A DNA stretch of 64,000 nucleotides from Botryllus schlosseri (taxonomy: Eukaryota). The translations under genes were made by a program, and so were the position numbers. This document shows positions 50,826 through 62,639 of this stretch, in pieces. The notes under the pieces were generated by a model. That model saw only the letters and a program-made list of their open reading frames with translations, did not search any database and had not been told where the DNA came from. The first letter of the stretch is position 1; every line of letters starts with the position of its first letter. The stretch is from contig CM119372.1 in the NCBI GenBank assembly GCA_051294905.1, positions 13,952,001 to 14,016,000 of the forward strand. Direction: 5' to 3'.

Positions 50826-53039
50826 CAGATATATAGTCCCTCCAAATCTTAATTAATAACCTCTTATTTGGCCAAGGACTATGCATAAAGTATGTGACAA
50901 CCGTTCTTTTATATCATTCGTTTCCGCGTAACATTTATATTGACTATTTATAATTGCTATTACGAATCCACCATCCAATATTATTGTTTCCTTGAACGCG
51001 GTATATATGCTCATGATTGGCTTACGATTGCTGTTTCGTTATGTATAGAATGTATTGCAAGTCCGTCGGAGTGGCGGATATTTAACTATTACATTGATGT
51101 CAAATTGAAACGCATCGTATTCATGTAGGTATTACGTATTAGGTGATCCTAGTAAATTCACGGCTATTCGCTAGCAGGGCGACCGATCTAAACCTGCGGT
51201 AGGATTGTTAGATGTTGATACAGGACTGATTTTTGTGAATGCTAGCGAGAGTAAATGAGGAAATATCCTTTGAAGTCCACCGATGTCACCAGCAAACGAT
51301 TGCAGAGATTACGCAACGGGGGTATAGATGTAGTCGTGGAAGAATGGCTTCCGGCAGTTACGAACAGTGCGTCATCATAATTTGGTCAGAAGTTCACATT
51401 ATTGGCGAAATTTTCCTCTCCATCCACACGATTTCTGTGCCAGGATTCCTTCGTGTCATCTGTACCTAATTTGAGGGCGCTGAATCCGAATCTGGCGTTA
51501 TTTTTGTTCTATCACGTCACGTTCTGTAGATACTATATATTTCGATTTTTACTACTTTTTCGGGGTACTCAAGTAGAATAAACCTACTTGCAGTTGCAAT
51601 ACTTACTGAAGTTGATACCGGTCGGGTCAGACCAAAGACCTGAATAGTAACACTGGTATCCATGACTTCCCCGCTTGGCGATCATGCATTACTGGGGTAG
51701 CATGGAGGGGTGGTGAAGTTAAGACTTAGAAAGCCGTACAAAGCTATATCTGTACCTTCCTTGTCCAGCGGCATATGCACATCATGCACTCATGGTATAG
51801 TATGCATATGCACAGATCGTGTGTATGTCTATCACGAGTCGGTGTATATGCCGCAAAAACATCAAGGACAAAAATAAATTACGTCTTTTCCTTTCCATAT
51901 ATATTTTCAGACTACTTCCATTCCTGCCTGAACAGTATTTTGGATAAACTATTTACTTTTGCAATCGGGAGTTTGAGAAGTAGAAAGTAGTTGAAGGAAA
52001 AGATTGCACCACTCAAATGAGTTTCATTATCATTCGAGCTGCGTGACATAGCCCCTGAAGCATGATAACTGAACATATCTCCGGATATTTTACCAATGTG
52101 TAGTGTCATTATAGACACTTTGCGTTAGACGAAAAGATACATCTTGCGAATTCGTATGTAGCCACCTCCGACTAACTGCTGAAAGTATGCGACCATACTC
52201 CCCCTACCAAATACACTTAGACTTGCTGACTTTTAGTACTTCGGAGACCTTTCGTTTCGTCTTCCACTTGAAGTACTTTTGACGGGTCTTTGAAATTAGT
52301 ACTTCTTCTTGTAATGTAACGTGTTACTTGTTATACTTGAGTAGCAACGCCGATAAAGTACTCTGGTTCATAGAAAAATATTACGGCAAATCAGAAACCG
52401 CCAAAATGTATATTCTTCTTATATTTAGAACTGAGGTTTATTCATGCAAAACAGAAACACAAAGCCTCGAAACCATTCAAGAACATCACTAGAAATTAAC
52501 CAATGCTCATCTCTGGGTGTTTTCCAGTATATAAAGCATTTTATTTGGTGTAGGCCACAGTATCTCCTATGTCGAGACGGATCGGCTGTCCTGGAAACGA
52601 TGCGTATGTTTGTGTATTGTAAAGTACCACGCACACGCACTTCGGGTTTCGTGTTGAGCTGTTAGCAAGCATATAGTCTCTATTCATCTGGTTGTCTATA
52701 ATTGACAATGCAAAAGAAGCCCTTTATACCATGGCAATAAACCAAAAGAAAAACAGCTCAAAAACAGCTTTCCTCGATTCCGATGAAATGTCATAGTATA
52801 TGGAAACTGGAGAAAAACTAGCATAAGTACAGGCGGAGATTAATGATGATGAAGTATTTCAAGTTATCGTGATAAGCACTTTTTTCTTTGGATAAGCAGA
52901 CATCTTGTGTCTTAATGTTTCAAAACAAGCTAAAAGGGACACATTGAGTCCTGTGCCTCTGAACAATTCTCTTCTACATAATATACGAACAATATAATGT
53001 TTATGGTTTGCAAACTTTGAGACGGACTTTCAGCATTCC

Positions 53040-53247
53040 CGTGGCCACTCACTGGCCACGGAATTTTTTGTGGCCGGCCATGAAAAGTGCTATTCCATGG
53101 CCGGCCACAGTGAATTTCATGGCCGGCCATGAAGTTTCGCTGTGGCCTTGCACGAAACTTCCTTGGCCGGCCACGGAAAACTCGTTTTCATGGCCGGCCA
53201 TGAATGAATTTCATGGCCGGCCACAACGAAATTTCTTGGCCGGCCGT
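53040..53247. repeat. Array of TGGCCGGCC palindromic units
   Basis: Seven TGGCCGGCC copies plus degenerate ones at about 22-27 bp spacing; related units at about 53570 and 54125-54160. Confidence 0.85.
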
Positions 53248-55014
53248 AATATACCAACTTAATATCGAATATCAGTACTGTCCATGACCCAATCGTTGTC
53301 AGATGTATGATCAATTATGTTCTACTATGGGCGTACAGTCAATAGAACTAGTTGAGAGCAAGAGTTTAGCTCAGTTTATTAGCATTTTCACCCGAAATAC
53401 CAGAAGAGCGATACAATGAAACGATAGGAAGAAGTCGAAACGATCTGGCAGAGTCTCTATAATATCAATTAAAAACACAGAAAATGATGTAAAGAATACA
53501 TTAAAAGCGGATATACCCACTAAATGAAACAGAAAATACTGGTATAAAAAGCTAGAAGCAGCTCGGAGCTCGCTGTGGCCGGTGCTTCCACCGTTCTGAT
53601 ATTAATTTTCCACGGTAAGATGTGCATTGTGCAATTGCAAATTATTGTATTGTTGGTTATATTTTGTAAATATGCATACATGCGATTTAAATAATATGAG
53701 GCTGCTAATATCCTTCATTTTCAACCATGTTTGTCGTTTATGATAAGTCTGCGATGCGAGGTTATAGGCTACATATATATTTGATCATGCAGTTTAAGGA
53801 TGTGGAGGCAGTTTATAATCTTTCGTGAATTTCCCTGATTAATTTATAAATAATACAATACTGTACTGGAAATTTGTCTTAATTCAGTGCAAATTTGTTC
53901 GATTTACGCTTAAGTAGACTCGACTATACCTCTTTGAATGCATATGTATGTGTGATCGAGATACTTGATCGGTCAATATTCGGCCATTTTACCTGTTTTC
54001 TCGTTCACAGTACTAAATCCCGTAATCATAGTAACCAAACGAAACAATCAGGGAATCAAAGAACCAAGAATGTGTGAAATATACTCTTTAAATTCCAGAA
54101 AAGCTGTGAAATCCACATAACATTCTGTGGCCGGCCACAGGGCAGCTCGCTGTGGCCGGTACTCCCCCCGATCTGATATATATCTTTTCAACGGTATAGA
54201 CCAGGGGTTCTCAGCCCTTTCTTGGCCGTGGCCCATTTTCTGATTTAAAAATGTGCTGTGGCCCACCTGATATCTCGAAGTCATAATCCTGTCTAATTTG
54301 TGGTCACGGACAGCGCCGATATGCCTATTTCTCTAAAATATGCGCTTTTTTCTCCAACTGATGATATTTAAATCTAGATCTCCCAAGATATGAAATCGCG
54401 CGAAGCGCGAAAAAAATTCAAGTCGAATAAATATCGTTCAACAAACGACCAACGAAATAATCTTGGGCCCCTTCGAGCTCCCCCAATTGGGGATGTGGGT
54501 GCGGCAGTTACGGCCCTGGTAGATCACAAGCTACAACTCCTAAGTAGATTATTTTCGTCCGCTGCTCCATTCGCGTCGCGAAGCACAATGATCAGATCCC
54601 CGCACTGTGTGATTGGGATTTAGGGATACTATTGTGAGGAATACTATATTCATTCTGGGCCAGCATCGAACAATTCATTGGTGAGTGGGGTACTAAGGAA
54701 AAGTGGAGAATTATTTTTCAATATGCATTATGTACTTTGCGTGTCTGGTACCAAAACAACTGAAGTTGCGATGTCAGAATTTTCAATCCAATGATACAAT
54801 CAATTCCTATGACTCTTTCAGTATGCACATGATTTCCAGGCCGGATATTTTAAACTGACTTCAAAGATTAATGCGCTCCGATAAATCCTAAATCCATTAA
54901 GATTCGTTGTTGCGGTGGTGCAGTAGGCTATACCTCCGCCAGAAGTTGCTAATAATTTGCAATTATGGCTATGTTTAGCTTGCAATAATACGGCCTGCCG
55001 AAATACAGTAAATC

Positions 55015-55422
55015 GGTTCTATACCAATACCGAGAAAACCATTACCGAGAATGGACATTACCGAGAACGGACATTACCGAGAATTGTCATTACCGAGAAT
55101 GGACACCGCCGAGAATGGACATTACCGAGAATGGCCAATGTCAAGAATATAGATTAGTGGGACTGATGTTGTCGAGAAATTTATACCTGAGCATCGATAC
55201 CGAATGTGGCAACGCCGTGATGCACTCACACGACCTGTGCATATGCATAACATGCCTGTATTGCATATATTGCATTCTCGGTAATGTCCATTCTCGGTGG
55301 TGTCCATTCTCGGTAATGTCCATTCTCTGTGGTGTCCATTCTCGGTAATGTCCATTCTCGGTGGTGTCCATTCTCTGTAATGGCATTCTCGGTAATGGTT
55401 TTCTCGGTATTGTCCGGACACC
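55015..55422. mobile_element. Foldback (Mutator-like) MITE, second copy
   Basis: Inverted CATTACCGAGAATGGA arrays with the same core as 6984-7450; perfect 9-bp flanking duplication CAGTAAATC. Confidence 0.88.
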
Positions 55423-56324
55423 CAGTAAATCAGTACATCAATTGCACTTCATTGCGAGTTCATTGCATACCCCTTTCAACGGAATACGACATATGACCCT
55501 GCCGGAATACTTGGTTACTTCAGCATTATCTATTAGTTATTATACACTTGAGGCATTCCCAACAATGCTATCATTTTCATCCCATGATGTGGACGAATGC
55601 TTGTGCTGTCGAAAATTTACACCTCTTGGGACGCATCAACATGAATCAATCTCTGCAGCTGCACCTTTCGCATGACTCAATTTGCAGCTTTTGACAGTCT
55701 ATGCGAACGGATTACGATTGTTTTTACAACTACTTACTTACTTGAGTAGACTTAAAGTTAGTCAATTCTACTTCTACTTGAAGTAGTTTTAGGATGCTTT
55801 TAAAAGAACTACTTCTACTCGTTCTTGAGTAGATTTTTGTGTCGCTACTTCTACATCTACTTGAGTAGCTTTCTTGACTACTTTGACCACCTCTGCGTAA
55901 TACCGCCGTTTGTGACTCGGATGAAGGGTATAGTGCATGATGTAATTCCCGTGGAGGTAAGAAGGGTATGAAGCAGGGTTGTAAGGACTCGAGTCATGAC
56001 TCGAATCGCGATTTTGGGCGACTCGACTTGACTCGAGTAATTTTTTCAAATGCGTAAAATGACTTGACTCGATTTGTACTCGAGTAACCATACATGTTGC
56101 TGTTGTTGTTTGTGGTACACCAGGCCGATATTCCCTATTGATTCCGTATCTTCCGACTTGTAGCACGTCCCACTTCTAGGCTTTTTGTAATCATCATCAT
56201 TGGTTTATTAGCAATTTTTATCAGTTCAATTACACCACAAAATGATATACAATGAAAAGATAGGGAGGTGTCGAAGCGACTTGGAGTATAGTCTATGGAA
56301 TCAGACACTCACCTTGACCTAGGC

Positions 56325-58185
56325 CAGTGGTTCTTAACCTTGCCTCCAGCGCCCCCCAAGGGGAGCTGGCGATTTTGAAGGGGGTGGAAACGCTGAAGGG
56401 GCGATATGGGGGGCGCTGGGCTCAGGGGGGCGATATGGGGGGCGCTGGAGAAAAATGGCTTCGCAGTAGATGATGTGGTGGTAGGACATATCCTTAATGA
56501 GTATTCAGAGCAAATTAACACCGAAAACTTCGTTATATATAGCCTACAATATACATATAGGTTTAATTTTCCATAGGTTTCTAAATGACTGGCACCGAAT
56601 GTTCCTGTCTTGGCAATCTGAACCTCAGAAGAAGAATTCCATCTGGCAGGGAAAAATTATATGCCAGTGAAGAAATACCAATTTGAAATCGTGTGCGTCT
56701 TTTAGCTTAGTACGATTGGGCGACAGGAATATATAGAACTAGATATCCCTGTTGGCGATATCCCTGTTGGGCGATTCTATATATTTTGATATAGCAGACA
56801 GGAGGTCACGAAATAACATCATGCAACGGGTCCGCCCGCCCGAATATGTCTAAATATTAGTTACGGGCCCTACAGTTTCCAAGACACCTCACAATGTTCC
56901 CTCTACGTTTTGACAAGTCTGAGCACACTCAACAACTCACTGTGCAGACCCTTGGACAACAGTGCGTAACCACTAAAAAAGGGTCATAACTTCGGATTTG
57001 TTGTGCGCAACGTAGATTTTCTGTGCGCAGAGACCGTGTCATCACAGCGCACGTGCGCAGCTTAGAGGGAACATTGCACCTCCCTCAGCTCTACCGGTAA
57101 ATCTGGTAACGTGAGCAGAGGGGACAAGAAATTGATAGTAATATATAGGCAATTCCCGATCTTATTGACCAATTTTATCATGAATTATGGAAAATTTTCG
57201 CGCATTGCACTGGCTCGCTAAACAGAACAGTTGATTTCGTGGCAAAAGCGAACAACGTGATGGGGGGCGGTCGGTTTATCACCCTATGGAAGCCCAAGAC
57301 CCAAGTATTTTTCGGGGGCTCTGACGAAGTGTCGTTTCGTTCCTGCCAACGGGTATACGCCCGAGGATGTATAATTATTATTGAGGGAGCCTGCCTTTCA
57401 ATCAGACATCACTCAGCTCTACCGGTAAATCTGTTTACGTGAGCAGAGAGAGGATAAAATTTGATATCAATATACATGCATTTCCCGATCATATTGACCA
57501 ATTCAATCATTAATTATTGAAATTTTTCACGCTTCGCGCGTCTAGGCGAGAATAGCTGGCTCAGTAAATGGACACACAATGTAGATGACTAGTATCAGCT
57601 AACAGCGGATATAGCCGAATGAGGGTCTGGGGACGAATCCCCACGAAAGTTTGGTTTATCACCGTATGGGGGGCCCGAGACCAACGTATTTTTTGGGGGG
57701 GACTGACGAAGTGCTGTTACGGCCCTGGTAACGGATTAATTGTACCTACGAGCACGCCCGAAAAAGTTTAATTAATAATTACGTGCCCTTTATTTTCCAA
57801 TACAACAGCTCACTCAGCGCTACTGGTAAATCTGATTATACGTGGGCTGAGAGGATGAAAAGTTTATAGCGACTCATACATGAAATTAACCTATTCATTC
57901 ATGCATTATATAAAATTTTGGCACCTAGAGCGACCAGGCCACACAAACTTTGCTGACCATCGAAATCACGCTACGGGGTTGTTGGGGGCGAAGCCCTCAG
58001 AAGTTTGAGTTATCACGCTATGGGTGCGCAAGGCAATCGTTATAGGTGGGTTGACGAAGTGCTGTTACGGCCCTCCCTCTTACTCATTGTCTTTATTACA
58101 TTCCTTACAATATGAGGTTGGGGGAGCGCTGGAGCATTATAATTTTTGAAAGGGGCGCTGGCGGAAAAAAGGTTAAGAACCACTG
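56325..58185. mobile_element. hAT (Charlie-like) element inserted in the LINE 3' UTR
   Basis: Perfect 17-bp TIR CAGTGGTTCTTAACCTT; TSD ACCTAGGC / GCCTAGGC. The empty site GCCTAGGC is visible in the LINE copy at about 8833. Confidence 0.9.
56892..57076. mobile_element. Small CAATGTTCCCTCTA-family MITE
   Basis: Perfect 14-bp TIR; flanks CACCTCA / CACCTCC; empty host site at about 61105-61130. Confidence 0.85.
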
Positions 58186-59551
58186 GCCTAGGCGATGTAA
58201 AGAGGAGGCCTGCACACTGAATGAAAAGTCAAGAAGATAGTATAGAAAAATGCAAGCAACAAGAAATGGGGTGGCATATCATGGAAGGCGAGATCGATAG
58301 GTCAGTCGTGATCCGGTACGTAATCTTGAGGATGGACTATAGTATTCATTTAGTAGTAATTACTAGTATTTCGACTTGAATGTGGACATGCTCATCGGCT
58401 GTCGGATGGCCGGCGGGTTACTGTTCCACACATCAGGTCCGGCATATTTGATGGAGCGATGATATTTTCGGTCGACCATATGATATTTGGACGACGTGGA
58501 CGCGCGGGTGTTGTACTTGTGAGCTTTTGATTCCGAGATAAAAAAAAAAGTCATTGAAATATTCGGGGGCCACAACCGCAGTGGGACTGATACATAAACT
58601 TGGCGATTTCTAGTTTCCGCATTTCTTTTACGTTTAGTACACCGAATCTCTTCAGCAGCAACCAGGACAACCAGGCCCCGTTGGGGCCCTAGATATAATA
58701 CGGAGTACCTTATGCTGTAGTTTTTGCAGTGGCTCGAGTGCAGTTTTACTGGCAGCCACCCACCAGATGGTGCCATATTGTAACTTCGATTAGATTAAGG
58801 AAAAGTGCCAGAAGAACCTAGGCTGTCATGAAGCATCTAAGGCTGTAGAACAGGTTGCACTTCGTGATAATTTGGTGTCTAGGGACTGAATATGACTCTT
58901 CCAGGACATGTCCGAGTCCAGTAAAACCCCGAGATATGGCATTATCTGTGTTGGAAACGGGTTGACCAGCGATGTTATCCACTCATGCACTTTGGGCATT
59001 TGGTCACTAGTCAGGGCATCCAGCTCTGCCGTCGAAGATGCGGAAGAGAGGAGGTGAGTATTATCAGCAAACAATGAGGAGGTTTCAAAAATGTCGTTGA
59101 CATATAAGGTGAAGAGGACTGTAAGACACTGCTTACGAGGATGAGCCGGCGAGGAGAAGCCTAGATAAACCTCCAACACTTAATGAGGAATTCTGGAGTC
59201 GACCTCGGTCGGACTAGAACCTGCGACCCATTAGTGTGGTGGCTGTTGGTTATACCACTACGCTATCTCGCCACCACGAGTCGAGACCAAGACGGCCAAG
59301 ATGGGAATTTCATTTTAACTTGGAAGAATGATAATTTCCATCAATATTGGTATTTGAACTATCTGTCCTGGTTCTTGGAAAATGAGGGCATAAACTGTTA
59401 AGACTGAGATAATTACTATGTTGACTACGAGGCATATTCTATGTCACTAGAACTGAGTTGAAAATGTGGATTGAACCGGATTGAACTCAAAACTGAACGA
59501 TGACACAATGACTTTGACTCGGATACGAGTTACAACACTATGGCAATTTTA

Positions 59552-60036
59552 CGGTAATTTTTGACCGGCTTATCGAACGCAAAAATTGATAAAATTGGTA
59601 TCAATCTAAAGCTATCGTGGTACTGATTGCGAAAATATGAATTTTATTCTCCTCGTGATCCTGAGACCCCCCAAAACCAGCCTCAAATGTTGCATTGTAA
59701 CCAAGTTTGGTATTGTGACGCGAAAATGCATGTCTGGACCGATACAGTGCAGGTCAGGAGCAAGTGCGCACGAGAGTGAGAGTTTGAATGCTCAATCGGT
59801 TGCGCAACGATGGCCATTACGTTTGCGGTTTGCGATGCTCCTCACCTGCTCCCATATGGCATTGTTGCGTCACAATATCAAACTACATTATAATGAAATA
59901 ATCGAGGCTGATTTTAGGGGGTTCCAGGACCACGAGCAGAATAAAATTTATATTATCGCAATCAGTACCGCGGTAGCATTCAATGGATACCAATTTTATC
60001 AATTTTCACGCTCGGCAAGCTGGTCAAAAATTACCG
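59552..60036. mobile_element. Long-TIR palindromic MITE with TA flanks (Tc1/mariner-like)
   Basis: TA|CGGTAATTTTTGACC ... GGTCAAAAATTACCG|TA; the arms stay complementary for about 180 bp. Confidence 0.85.
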
Positions 60037-60182
60037 TAATATTACTTTTGATGCCGTAACAACTACGCGTTATTATCAACAACTTCTCCAACTTTCACAA
60101 TCTGAATTTCACAAGGGATTGATAGTCGTGCTCGTAACAATGGGTTGCTCACTACGCAAAGAGGGGCGTGAACGATCTAAAG

Positions 60183-62631
60183 CAGTGATACCCAACCGCG
60201 GCCCCCAGCTAGCCTTTCTGCAGCCCCCACAAAATATTGAGAAATCGATTTATGAATAAAAAAATTATATTTATAAAATACTCTTGCTTGGCTTGGAGTC
60301 TGGAGTTTTCAATTAGGATTGCAGGAAAATTGTGAGTAGACTGCTAAGATTACGTCACTGCTGTTTCAAAGCAATGTGCCCTAACTTTCCAGTTGAACGA
60401 GCAGTACCTACAGATATAGGTATTGACAGGACCGTAAATGCCGCACCCCAAGTCCCCCAATTGGGGAGAACGAGCTCGAAGGGGGTCCAAAATTATTTAG
60501 TGAATTAGCTTAAATTATAGAATATTTTACAAAATTTTATGCAACTTTTTCAAAATTTTTTCGCGATAGGCGCGATTTCAAAAGTACCTTAATTATTAGG
60601 TACTCTTCCACCAAGATAAAATCCGCAAGATTTATAGCAGTGGGCATATCGGCGTCGGCCATTACCGCGCCACGACGCACGAAGACATATAAAGTTTTAG
60701 GCCATGCAACATGCGACTCCAAGAAGTGTACCAGAACGATCGACAGCGAGAAAACCTTGGCTGAAAAGGACTGCCCTTACGCTGACCGGAAACTTCGTTA
60801 TGTATATACAAAATATATAAAGGTGTAATTGACCATAGGCGCCTAAATGACTGGCACCGAATATTCCTGTCTTGGCAATCTGAACCTCACGAGACAAATA
60901 GGCTATCCCGCAGGGAAGAATTATATGCCAGTGAAGAACTACCAATTTGAAATCGTGTGCATCTTTTAGTTTAGTACGTTTGGGCGATTCTATATTTTTT
61001 GATATAGCAGACTGGAGGTCACGAAATAACATCATGTAACGAAGTCCTACCTACGGATCCGCCCGTCCGAATATGTTTAATTATTACTTACGGGCCCAAC
61101 AGTTTCCAAGTCACCTCACTTAGCTCTACCGGTAAATCTGATTACGTGAGCAGAGAGGACAAGTAATTGATAACAATATCTATGCAATTCCCGATCTTAT
61201 TGACCTATTTTATTGTGAATTATCGAAAGTTTTTGCGCTCTACGCTGGCTCACTATACGGGGATCCTGATTTCGTGGCAGAAGCGAACAACGGGACGGGG
61301 GGTCGGGGGGTCGGGGGGTCGGTTTATCACCCTATGGGAGCTCAAGACCCAAGTGTTTCGAGGGGCCTGACGAAGTGTTGTATACGCCCGAAGATGTTTA
61401 ACACTTTGACTGCCAACGATCCTAAATTTAGGATTTTACTAAATCCCAGAAAGTGCCAGCGATCCTATATTTAGGATATATTTTAAATGCGTACGGTAAA
61501 GTCTGGAATTGGTTCTATCCCCGGATTTCGGGTGTATTTGACGTTACTCAATAGGCTTGTTGTCAGAAACAATCATTTTCGTTACCGGAAGTATTTTTAA
61601 AAATCTCATCCGTATACATTAGGTCAACATTTTTTTGGTTTGGCCACTAGGTGGCTTTTCATAAAATGAGCAGCCATAAAATTGCAATATTTTTATAATT
61701 CCGTGATATTGGAAAAAAAATTTTTTTTCATAAGATGCACAAGGTTTACACTTGTCAGCACGCCCGATTCCAGCTAAATATCCAACTAGTAGAAAATTCA
61801 TTGTCTGCTGGCGTTTACTGGCAATTTCCATAATAGGCCTTGAGAGCCAAAGTGTTAATTATTATTAAGTGGTCCTATCTTTTCGATCACAACTCACTCG
61901 GCTCAACCGGTCAATCTGATTACGTGAGCAGAGAGACGATAAAAATTGATACCAATATATGCAATTCCCGATAATATTGACCGATTCAATCATGAATTAT
62001 AGAAATTTTTCGCGCTTGGCGCGATTGGCCGAGAGGAGCTGCCTTAAACGGACACCCGATTTTGACGATAAAGAGCGGTAAACAGCCATCTAGCCTGAGG
62101 GGGGGCTGGGGGGCTTCGAAGTTCGGTTTATCACCCTATGGGGGCCCAAGAGCAATGTTTGGGGGGGCTGACGAAGTGCTGTTGCGGCCATGGGTATTGA
62201 TAACTAATTTACGGATAGATCTGCAACAAGTCACTCACGATTGAATACGCCGAGATGCGTAGGCCTACTGTTTAGCCGGCAAAAAGCAGCATAATTGGTA
62301 GTCCTATAGCTCGCGACCCAAGCGTCAGAATACTTTTATATGTCGGTGTTTATCGAAAGCAGGTGTCGCACTACTTCCAAAAATACGAATTGAAATCTCG
62401 TCAGGGCAATTAAACTACTCCGAAATAGCCAGCAAAGGTTGATTGTTCTGAACAACGGGAGCGCGGCAACACAATGGCCAATGGCGTCAAGCGAATGATC
62501 GCAACAATGCAAATTTTCATATTTTGGTGACTATTTTGGGTTCCTTTCATTGCCCTGGTATTCGTGCGACCCCGACCGTACTCTGAATTTCTAAATTTGG
62601 CCCTGCCACTGAAAATGGTTGGGAGCCATTG
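60183..62631. mobile_element. hAT (Charlie-like) element with nested repeats
   Basis: CAGTGATACCCAACC ... GGTTGGGAGCCATTG; perfect TSD ATCTAAAG. Confidence 0.8.
61402..61854. mobile_element. piggyBac-like MITE
   Basis: TTAA|CACTTTGACTGCCAA ... TTGAGAGCCAAAGTG|TTAA. The homologous host sequence at about 57755-57785 lacks the insert. Confidence 0.75.
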
Positions 62632-62639
62632 ATCTAAAG

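Larger units (their letters stand above)
56191..59119 (-). pseudogene. 5'-truncated, degenerate L2/CR1-group LINE ORF2 plus 3' UTR
   Basis: Broken frames read LFTLYVND..LFADNT, YLGVLLDSDMSWKSHI, LQYGTI..ASKTALEPLQKLQHKVLRII, KLEIAKFMY, HKYNTR and SIKYAGPDVWNS; (ATG)n tail; TGTAA on both sides. Confidence 0.85.
56095..59275 (-). mobile_element. tRNA-derived SINE (head 59275-59120, tail 56190-56095) split by a LINE
   Basis: Head with TAGCGTAGTGG and GGTTCTAGTCC boxes; body matches copies at about 8630-8795 and 9255-9870; (CAA)n-like tail. Confidence 0.75.
55974..59542. mobile_element. GACTCGAGTC-family MITE split by a nest of later insertions
   Basis: 55974-56085 and 59280-59542 are colinear with 13437-13855. 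Confidence 0.75.

Noticed and set aside
51872..51878. AATAAA as the Hox1 polyadenylation signal
   Set aside because: Plausible but unsupported in AT-rich DNA, and it lies beyond TE fragments; the 3' end cannot be placed without transcript data.
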